Positions 25,598 through 32,000 of a DNA stretch of 32,000 bases are shown one piece after another. Numbering within the stretch: position 1 is the stretch's first letter; every line of letters begins with the position of its first letter. This DNA comes from Candidatus Electronema aureum (GTDB lineage Bacteria > Desulfobacterota > Desulfobulbia > Desulfobulbales > Desulfobulbaceae): the NCBI GenBank assembly GCA_004284765.1, contig NQJD01000026.1, positions 1 through 32,000 on the forward strand, given 5' to 3'. Position numbers and translations under genes: made by a program. The notes beneath the pieces were generated by a model. That model was not told where the DNA came from. It worked only from the letters and a program-made list of their open reading frames with translations, and searched no databases.

Positions 25598-26014
25598 ATG
25601 CAGTGTGATTTTTACGACGCTCATGACCGTCACTGGCAGGATGCCGAGCAGCTTTTTCAGGCCCAGCGTTGGGCCAATGCGGATCATTTGTATGGCGTTG
25701 CAGCAGAGTGTGGTTTAAAGGCACTGATGCTGAAGTTCGGCATGGTTTTCAATTCAAACAAGGATATGCCTAACGATAAGAAAGATAGGGAACATGCCAA
25801 TGGTATCTGGGCGCGTTATGAAAGTTACCGCTCAGGACATCAACAAGGTGTAAGCTATGGCCTGCCGTCAGCTAACCCGTTCCAAGATTGGCATGTCTCT
25901 CAACGTTATGCCCACCAAGCGGATTTTGATATAATCCGTGCCGAATCGCACCGAAAAGGAGCCGAGTTGGTTTGCAAGCTCATAAAACAAGCTAAAACGG
26001 ATGGGTTGATATGA
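25598..26014 (+). CDS. Cassette gene A: small all-helical protein (138 aa) with a HEPN-like N-terminal helix pair; function unknown
   Basis: ATG 25598 has a strong SD. The product begins MQCDFYDAHDRHWQDAEQLFQAQRWANADHLYGVAAECGLKALMLKFG. This resembles the first two HEPN helices (..A..dl..A..L......a..l.y.a.E..LKA.l). No canonical Rx4-6H motif is visible; only RYAH and RAESH occur. Its stop overlaps the gene B start (ATGA at 26011-26014). Confidence 0.75.
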   Translation: MQCDFYDAHDRHWQDAEQLFQAQRWANADHLYGVAAECGLKALMLKFGMVFNSNKDMPNDKKDREHANGIWARYESYRSGHQQGVSYGLPSANPFQDWHVSQRYAHQADFDIIRAESHRKGAELVCKLIKQAKTDGLI

Positions 26015-27306
26015 TTACCTTTGATCAAGTTCTGCCGAAAGTTCATGAGATTCTGAAGCCGCACTCAGACACGATAAGCCGGATACAGCCTGTGATTGTC
26101 AATAGAGACCTTAATGGCCGGGTGCGTTTGATTATCCGAGAAACGATGAAAGGTAATTCAGTAGCGATGGCGGCAATCAAGACGATTGCCGCCGAACTCG
26201 CAGAGCAGCTAAAGCCGCATTCTTTCCCCGCTGGACAAGTCGTCCTGTTTGAAGATGATGATATGGAGAGTCTGCTTGCTGCTGCGCCAACTTTTCCCTT
26301 GGAGGACATTGAAGGCGTTTACGTTATGGACCGACTGGCCAATGAAAGCCGCTGGGCCAGCATTGCACCGCTTTCATTAGGTGTTCCTCGTGCGGTATTC
26401 TTCTCCATTAAGGGCGGTGTTGGCCGTTCCACCGCTATGGCGGTCTTGGCCTGGTCGCTGGCGCAGGCGGGCAAGCGGGTGCTGGTACTGGATTTGGATC
26501 TTGAATCACCTGGACTGTCTTCAGCCTTGCTGCCAGCCGAACGACAGCCCGCCTATGGCATTGCCGATTGGCTGGTCGAGGATTTAGTGGACAACGGCGA
26601 TGCTGTATTTGAAGACATGATTGCCATCAGCACACTTTCCCATGATGGCGAAATAGACGTGGTGCCAGCACATGGCCGCAATCCAGGCGAATACATTTCC
26701 AAGCTTGGTCGGGTCTGGATGCCCAAGATAGACAGTGACGGCAAGCGTGAAAGCTGGTCGCAACGTCTTGGACGGCTGCTGAACAAACTGGAAGAACACT
26801 TGCAGCCTGATGTCATTTTGATTGATTCACGCTCTGGCATTGATGAAGTGGCCTCAAGCTGCGTCACGGACTTGGGAGCCAGCTTGGTACTGCTCTTTGC
26901 CATCGATGGCGGACAGACTTGGTCGGGCTACCAAATGCTGTTTGGTCATTGGCATCAAGCTGGGGTTGCCCGGGAAATTCGGGAACGTTTGCAGCTCGTG
27001 GGTGCGATGATTCCTGAAACCGATGCCGCTGACTACTTCAGCAGTCTGTGCGAAAAGAGCTGGGATATGTTTTCCAACTCTCTTTATGACGAAGTGCCGC
27101 CCGGTGTCCCTATGGGTGAGCTGTTCAATTTTGACAACAGTGATGAGACTGCTCCGCACTTCCCTTGGCCCATCCGCTGGCATCGGGGATTTGCTGCCCT
27201 GTCCTCTCTGCACTCGCACCTTGAGACGATAGATGAAGTCCAAGTAGAGACGGTTTTCGGTTCCTTTATCAAAAGCTACGCTCTCTGCGGGGGCAGAATC
27301 TCATGA
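26011..27306 (+). CDS. Cassette gene B: ParA/MinD-fold ATPase with a variant deviant Walker A KGGVGRS, an N-terminal extra domain of about 125 aa and an extended C-terminus
   Basis: The Walker region is AVFFSIKGGVGRSTAMAVLAWSLAQAGKRVLVLDLDLESPGL (KGGVGRS at nt 26410-26430). Arg replaces the usual second Lys of KGGxxK[ST]. The Walker B-like block is PDVILIDSRSGIDE. The 431-aa length is much larger than ParA/MinD. Confidence 0.85.
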   Translation: MITFDQVLPKVHEILKPHSDTISRIQPVIVNRDLNGRVRLIIRETMKGNSVAMAAIKTIAAELAEQLKPHSFPAGQVVLFEDDDMESLLAAAPTFPLEDIEGVYVMDRLANESRWASIAPLSLGVPRAVFFSIKGGVGRSTAMAVLAWSLAQAGKRVLVLDLDLESPGLSSALLPAERQPAYGIADWLVEDLVDNGDAVFEDMIAISTLSHDGEIDVVPAHGRNPGEYISKLGRVWMPKIDSDGKRESWSQRLGRLLNKLEEHLQPDVILIDSRSGIDEVASSCVTDLGASLVLLFAIDGGQTWSGYQMLFGHWHQAGVAREIRERLQLVGAMIPETDAADYFSSLCEKSWDMFSNSLYDEVPPGVPMGELFNFDNSDETAPHFPWPIRWHRGFAALSSLHSHLETIDEVQVETVFGSFIKSYALCGGRIS

Positions 27307-28739
27307 CTGAAGTTAATCTAATCCGTGATGCCATTATTGCTGCTCTTCCTGCGGAGACATCAAATTACGGTGAAGTGCCAAAAACGGGTCATTTGTATGT
27401 GCCGCCAGCTCATTTGAAAGCTCTGCGGTTAGAAAGCTGTCTGGTGGTCGGAACCCGCGGCGTAGGTAAATCGTTTTGGACCGCAGCATTGGGTTCTGAA
27501 TCCATTCGCGCTGCTCTTGGACAATCAGTCTCTGCCCTGAAAACTGCCCGCGTTTATATCAGCTTCTCAGGAGTGGACAGAATTGAGGATTATCCCAATG
27601 CTGACATTTTTTCCCGCTTTTCAGAACAAGAGAAATCGTTCTATGACCTTTGGCGATGTGTCATCCTGCGCTGGCTTGCCAAAGAAATTCTCAATCAGCA
27701 GATTCCTAATGATAGATGGGAGGACACAGCGGACTGGCTGAAAAGCAATCCTGAAGATGCGGCCCGCATCGTTCAGCAGTCCAGCCAGAAATTGAATGAT
27801 GACAATCAGCATGGGTTGTTTCTGTTTGATGCCTTGGATCGAACCAGCCAGAACTGGAAGACGATGGACAATATTGTTCGTGATCTGTTGCGAACAGCTC
27901 TCTGGCTTAAGTCTTATCCAAAACTCAGCGCAAAGATTTTCCTGCGGGAAGATCAGTTCGAGCGCACCGTGACTGATTTCCCCGATGCCTCGAAACTTCT
28001 GGCAACCAAAGCCGAATTGAATTGGGCACAGCATGACCTGCACGGACTGCTGTGGCAGATGCTGATTAACGCCCCTGATAAGCATGGAGAATGCCTGCGG
28101 GCGGTTTATCAGAGAGTGACGGGAGCCGCTGAAGTTGAAATGAATAGCGGCTGGTGGCTGGCAGAAGAGATTAAACGGGAAAACACGATCCAGCGCAATC
28201 TGTTTAAAGCCCTAGCCGGGCCGTGGATGGGGAAAGATCGACGGCGGGGTGTGCCTTACGTATGGTCGGTCAGCCATTTAGCAGACGGGCGAGGTCGCAC
28301 TTCGCCCCGCTCTTTCCTTGCTGCAATCCGTCAAGCTGCAGAAGATTCACAGGAGCGTTATCATGACTACTCGTTGGCATTGCATTACGAAAGCATTAAA
28401 CGAGGAATTCAGAAAGCATCTGATATCCGTGTCAGTGAAATGGCTGAAGATTATCCTTGGGTGCGTACTTTTTTGGAACCATTAAAAGGATTGACAGTAC
28501 CCTGTGAGTTCGATCTGGTATTGGAACGATGGATATCCAGCTTTCCATCTGGCCCTGAAAGCGCACACGGCTCTGGACTCCCTCCGCAACATGCAGCACG
28601 GGGCTGGGAAGGAGTGAGAGAAGACCTACTGAGGTTAGGTCTCTTTGAAGCGAAGAAGGATGGCCGTATCGACATGCCCGACCTCTATCGTGTCGGTTTC
28701 GGTTTAGGTCGGCGAGGTGGAGTGAAGCCTAAAAGTTAA
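27303..28739 (+). CDS. Cassette gene C: P-loop NTPase (478 aa) with a large helical C-terminal region; function unknown
   Basis: Walker A is CLVVGTRGVGKSFWTAAL (nt 27450-27473). Walker B is HGLFLFDALDRTS. The C-terminal 250 aa have no motif I recognise. There is an ATGA overlap with gene B (27303-27306). Confidence 0.85.
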   Translation: MTEVNLIRDAIIAALPAETSNYGEVPKTGHLYVPPAHLKALRLESCLVVGTRGVGKSFWTAALGSESIRAALGQSVSALKTARVYISFSGVDRIEDYPNADIFSRFSEQEKSFYDLWRCVILRWLAKEILNQQIPNDRWEDTADWLKSNPEDAARIVQQSSQKLNDDNQHGLFLFDALDRTSQNWKTMDNIVRDLLRTALWLKSYPKLSAKIFLREDQFERTVTDFPDASKLLATKAELNWAQHDLHGLLWQMLINAPDKHGECLRAVYQRVTGAAEVEMNSGWWLAEEIKRENTIQRNLFKALAGPWMGKDRRRGVPYVWSVSHLADGRGRTSPRSFLAAIRQAAEDSQERYHDYSLALHYESIKRGIQKASDIRVSEMAEDYPWVRTFLEPLKGLTVPCEFDLVLERWISSFPSGPESAHGSGLPPQHAARGWEGVREDLLRLGLFEAKKDGRIDMPDLYRVGFGLGRRGGVKPKS

Positions 28740-28774
28740 AAATTCGGCATATTGTCTATCTATCGCTGAAAGCA

Positions 28775-28797
28775 CTACCAGTACCACTTCAGCTCGG
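28775..28797. repeat. Right copy of the 23-bp direct repeat flanking the cassette
   Basis: See 25423-25445. It lies 35 bp after the gene C stop and sits inside an imperfect hairpin (ACCAGTACCAC..GTGGAGATGGT). Confidence 0.75.
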
Positions 28798-28823
28798 TGG
28801 AGATGGTTGCGTTCTCCGCTTGC

Positions 28824-28919
28824 TCAATGCCCGATGAATAAGAAGAGGTCAAAGGAAATGGTGTCGATGCTGCACGGCCTGCACGGACTAAGGTACTCAG
28901 TGAGTAATACTTGCTTCAT
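28824..28919 (-). pseudogene. 31-codon relic of a HAD-like gene 5' end, start-coupled (ATGA) to the AlgJ-like gene stop
   Basis: The minus strand reads ATGAAGCAAGTATTACTCACTGAGTACCTTAGTCCGTGCAGGCCGTGCAGCATCGACACCATTTCCTTTGACCTCTTC.., encoding ..IDTISFDLF. The segment 28842-28868 matches 25222-25248, the IDTVTFDLF codons of the intact HAD gene, at 25/27 nt. GTCCGTGCAGGCCGTGCA versus GTCCGGGCAGGTCGTGCC matches 15/18 but in a shifted frame. Similarity stops after FDLF and a stop follows 5 codons later. Confidence 0.65.
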
Positions 28920-30514
28920 TGCTTTGTTGTTGGCACAGCCTTGATGGTCAGAGAGCGGAGGAGATAGGTTCCAGTCGTTGTACCGGGATCAATGCGGATT
29001 AGCCCTTTGACATGAGGATGAGGAAGACGGAAGAGCAGCCGGTTTGCACCTTTGCGCACGTTCTGCTCGACTCTATGCTGCGGCCTGATCGTTCCCTGAT
29101 CGTCAGCTGTAGTGAAATAGAGGGCAAAGTCTGTATCCTGCGGAGCATCTACATTGACCTCCACGAGATAGCGTTCGCCGTCTGCGGGTGGAGTGAACGG
29201 CACGACAAAATAGGGATCGCTGCTGGTAGCTTGCAGCAACAGGCCGTCAGTGCTTGGTTGCAGGCGCAGATCATGCCGAAGCGACACGCTGTTGATATCC
29301 AGTGAGTTATCAACCCGCAGCCGCACCTTGTCCGAGGCCGCATACTGTGCTTCCAACACCGCAGCTGTCAGCTGTGGATCAGGCGCGATCCGTTGCATGT
29401 TCCGCGCTACCCATACGTCAAAGACAATATCAGGTTTCACATGTGAAATAAGTTGCTTCAGTTGGTCGAACGGAACGTTTGGGGAGTAGATAACTCTTTT
29501 GAAGCGTTCATTGAAGTACCGTCGAAGGCCATTGCCAAAGGAATCATGAATAACTAATGCTGTCAACTTCTGCTGAGGGCAGCCGTTGGTAGAAGGTGCT
29601 TTAGCAGCGGCCTTCCTGTCTGGTAGCAATGCTAATTCCTGCGCCGATAGAGGTTGATCAGTACCAGCGCAGGGCTGTTTTATGTGAACAACAGGCACTG
29701 TTTCTCCCACTTCTTTCTCTAAGTGCATGAGTCGAGCTAAGTCACCAGAGAACGGTACGTTGTCTATAGAGAATTCATCCTTCGAGATTGCTCTCATCTG
29801 CGCTTCAGGGAACCATTGCTTGCAATATGCAATCATCTGGTTGAAAGCCAGCATGGCTCCTTCGTTTGTCCAATGCGTATCCGTCTTAAAGTAAAGCTGT
29901 CTTTCTTCTTTGTGTCTCTTGAAGAGAGCATACAGATTGACGGTATCATGAAACGTGACTTCTTTGTTTGCAGCAGCAATGAATTCCTCATAGAAAGAAA
30001 GCCCTCTGCTGCGTTGTATCCGGTTCGGCAGATAAGCATCATACACAGTTATTTTATTTGGTACAGGAATAAACAAATAGCGCACTCCGATGCGGGATAG
30101 CCAGTCTCGGCGGTCAGCGAAAAGAGCGAGGTACTCATCCATCGAGATTGCATCCGCCTGCCGCTGCCCGTAATAATCATCAATGACGGATTCTCCAGTA
30201 TAAAAGAACCAGCCTTCTTTCCCTTTAATAACTACTGGAGAAGGAGACAGATGGAGTACGTTTAAAGAGATTGCATTAGATGCCCTAATTAAACTGTCAC
30301 GCAAACCGAAATGATCCTGATAAAAGATGTCAAACTGCTTCGGAAAGGCAAGCATTCCTTGAAGATTACCCTTCACTTTTGGGAACGTTGCTAACTTTCT
30401 CTTTTCCGCTGTGGATATTTCTTTGCGAGGGCTGACGAGGAAAAGTCCCAAGGGCACGATGAGAACGAGCAGAAAGAGAGTGGAAAGAACTGCTGAGTAT
30501 ATCCGATTCCCCAT
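28916..30514 (-). CDS. AlgJ/AlgX-like (DHHW-type SGNH-like) polysaccharide O-acetylation protein with an N-terminal TM anchor and a C-terminal beta-module
   Basis: The N-terminal anchor is MGNRIYSAVLSTLFLLVLIVPLGLFLV. The signature is YFKTDTHWTNEGA (D-x-H-W of AlgJ/AlgX-type acetyltransferases). It sits immediately downstream of an MBOAT gene, as algI-algJ does in alginate O-acetylation. Confidence 0.75.
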   Translation of the reverse strand: MGNRIYSAVLSTLFLLVLIVPLGLFLVSPRKEISTAEKRKLATFPKVKGNLQGMLAFPKQFDIFYQDHFGLRDSLIRASNAISLNVLHLSPSPVVIKGKEGWFFYTGESVIDDYYGQRQADAISMDEYLALFADRRDWLSRIGVRYLFIPVPNKITVYDAYLPNRIQRSRGLSFYEEFIAAANKEVTFHDTVNLYALFKRHKEERQLYFKTDTHWTNEGAMLAFNQMIAYCKQWFPEAQMRAISKDEFSIDNVPFSGDLARLMHLEKEVGETVPVVHIKQPCAGTDQPLSAQELALLPDRKAAAKAPSTNGCPQQKLTALVIHDSFGNGLRRYFNERFKRVIYSPNVPFDQLKQLISHVKPDIVFDVWVARNMQRIAPDPQLTAAVLEAQYAASDKVRLRVDNSLDINSVSLRHDLRLQPSTDGLLLQATSSDPYFVVPFTPPADGERYLVEVNVDAPQDTDFALYFTTADDQGTIRPQHRVEQNVRKGANRLLFRLPHPHVKGLIRIDPGTTTGTYLLRSLTIKAVPTTKQ

Positions 30515-30518
30515 AGTT

Positions 30519-31940
30519 TCAGAACCGGAAGTAAATAAATGGGTTGTAGGAATTCACCGCCAGCGAGGCGGCGGAGTAGAGCAGTATGGCGGTGATCAGC
30601 AGCAGCTTTACGGCCTGTGCAGGTAGGGCCAGTATCGCAGTGGTTGGCTGCAAATTCTTTCGCAACCAAGGATAAAGAGGCGCACTCAACATAATTCCAG
30701 CAGCAAGGGAACAGCACCACCTGCTGTCAAGCCTCATGCTGATCTGCGGCAACATTGTGTCAGCCTTGGCAAATCCGTACATAGCTGCAAAATAGCTCCC
30801 CACATCAGCCAGCCGCTCAAGCCGAAAGAGCACCCAGCCATTACCGATCACGAAGAGTGTGTACATATGCTGCCAGAACGGATGCTTCTGATCCAGCATC
30901 TTGCCGAAACGTCCGCGTTCTACGACAAGAAAGACTCCGTACAGCAGTCCCCAAAGGATGAAGTTCCAACTTGCGCCGTGCCAGAGGCCGCAGAGCAAGA
31001 AGACAATAAGCAGATTGAAACCAGTGCGTACCGCTCCGTGCCGGTTGCCACCGAGCGGAATGTAGAGATAATCGCGCAACCAAGTAGAGAGAGACATATG
31101 CCATCGCCGCCAAAACTCTCGTACCGAGCGGCTGATGTAGGGATAGTTGAAATTTTCTAAGAGATGAAAGCCGAACATTCGGCCTAAGCCGATGGCCATA
31201 TCCGAATAGCCTGAAAAATCAAAATAGATTTGCAAACTATAGCAAAGGACACCCAGCCAAGCAGTGCCAGTTGAAAGTGTTTCTGCGGGTAGAGTGAAAA
31301 TTTGATCAGCCAATTGACCCACGGAATTGGCGATCAGCACCTTTTTTCCTAAGCCGAAGATGAAACGTTCTGCACCTGCGGCAAAGTCAGTGAGAGTAAT
31401 TGTTCGTTGTTTAATCTGCTCGGCAATATCGTTGTAGCGGACAATAGGGCCAGCAATGAGCCGAGGAAAGAGAGAGAAATACAGTCCGATATACAGAGGA
31501 TTCTTCTGGGCTGGATATTTCTGCCGGTAGATATCAATCAGATACGACAGGGCTTCAAAGGTGAAAAAAGAAATGCCGATAGGCAGATGCACTTTCTCCA
31601 ATACAAGATGCTCGATACCGAACTGAGTAAGAAGCGCATTGAAATTGGCAACGATAAAATTGGCATACTTAAAGAATCCTAGCAGACCAAGATTGACAGC
31701 CACTGCCACTGCCAAGACTAACTTCTCTGTTTTTCCTCGCCGACTGATCAGCAGACCGAAGAGGTAATTGATAAAAGCCGAGGCGATGAGGACGAACACG
31801 AAAAGTTGCTCGCCCCAGAAATAGAAAAGAATACTGCCTGCCAGCAGGAGAACATTCCGTCCCCTTGCTCCAGCACAGAGATGCGCTGCCAAGATGATCG
31901 GCAGGAAAAAGAAAAGAAAAGTTATGGAGCTGAAAAGCAT
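30519..31940 (-). CDS. MBOAT-family membrane-bound O-acyltransferase (AlgI/DltB-like)
   Basis: The N-terminus is MLFSSITFLFFFLPIILAAHL. The catalytic-His region is FWRRWHMSLSTWLRDYLYIPLGGNR. The 473-aa polytopic organisation is typical of AlgI/PatA/DltB. Confidence 0.9.
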   Translation of the reverse strand: MLFSSITFLFFFLPIILAAHLCAGARGRNVLLLAGSILFYFWGEQLFVFVLIASAFINYLFGLLISRRGKTEKLVLAVAVAVNLGLLGFFKYANFIVANFNALLTQFGIEHLVLEKVHLPIGISFFTFEALSYLIDIYRQKYPAQKNPLYIGLYFSLFPRLIAGPIVRYNDIAEQIKQRTITLTDFAAGAERFIFGLGKKVLIANSVGQLADQIFTLPAETLSTGTAWLGVLCYSLQIYFDFSGYSDMAIGLGRMFGFHLLENFNYPYISRSVREFWRRWHMSLSTWLRDYLYIPLGGNRHGAVRTGFNLLIVFLLCGLWHGASWNFILWGLLYGVFLVVERGRFGKMLDQKHPFWQHMYTLFVIGNGWVLFRLERLADVGSYFAAMYGFAKADTMLPQISMRLDSRWCCSLAAGIMLSAPLYPWLRKNLQPTTAILALPAQAVKLLLITAILLYSAASLAVNSYNPFIYFRF

Positions 31941-32000
31941 CGGCAGTTTCTTCCGGTTAAACAGGCAGCTAAAATTTTCGGCATTGTAGCGGAGAACCTA

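Noticed and set aside
26011-27306. Gene B as an ordinary chromosome/plasmid partition ParA or an exopolysaccharide BY-kinase/BcsQ
   Set aside because: - No ParB or parS-like partner is present.
- The protein is nearly twice ParA size, with extra N- and C-terminal regions.
- It has no C-terminal tyrosine cluster as BY-kinases do.
- It lies on the opposite strand from the polysaccharide genes and is ATGA-coupled to two unrelated genes.

A biosynthetic role is not fully excluded; see the would_refute entry of the cassette finding.

Overview
This is a bacterial chromosomal window. The gene content is proteobacterial or Desulfobacterota-like, but I cannot assign a taxon from sequence alone.

Layout, left to right:
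- (1) 1-1920: insertion-sequence debris around cobU. It comprises an IS1-family right end, a second decayed IS1-family copy, and a truncated DDE transposase.
- (2) 2202-5173: housekeeping hflX and a glcD-like FAD oxidase.
- (3) 5497-8414: a two-gene island. A small helical protein and an NB-ARC/TPR STAND (NLR-like) NTPase carry the same short G/S-rich motif, at the C-terminus of the first and the N-terminus of the second. This is the architecture reported for bacterial amyloid-signalling (Bell/BASS-NLR) pairs.
- (4) 8525-14855: housekeeping rsmI, eamA-type transporter, groES-groEL, ilvE, rlmI.
- (5) 14915-16530: a NERD/zinc-ribbon protein and a membrane-anchored hypothetical.
- (6) 16550-31940: a minus-strand cell-surface polysaccharide acylation/modification locus. 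It encodes an MBOAT, an AlgJ/AlgX-like protein, a HAD-like protein, an acyltransferase-3, a GT-C-like membrane protein, two SGNH paralogs and a secreted repeat protein.
- (7) 25598-28739: a plus-strand, translationally coupled three-gene cassette that interrupts locus (6).

The cassette encodes a small HEPN-like helical protein, a ParA/MinD-fold ATPase with a variant KGGVGRS Walker A, and a second P-loop NTPase. It has its own near-consensus promoter and 23-bp flanking direct repeats. A decayed relic of the interrupted HAD gene's 5' end lies next to it. I rate the cassette the best candidate for an undescribed NTPase-based conflict/defense system, and the NLR pair second.

All functional calls rest on motif recognition by eye; no database search was possible.
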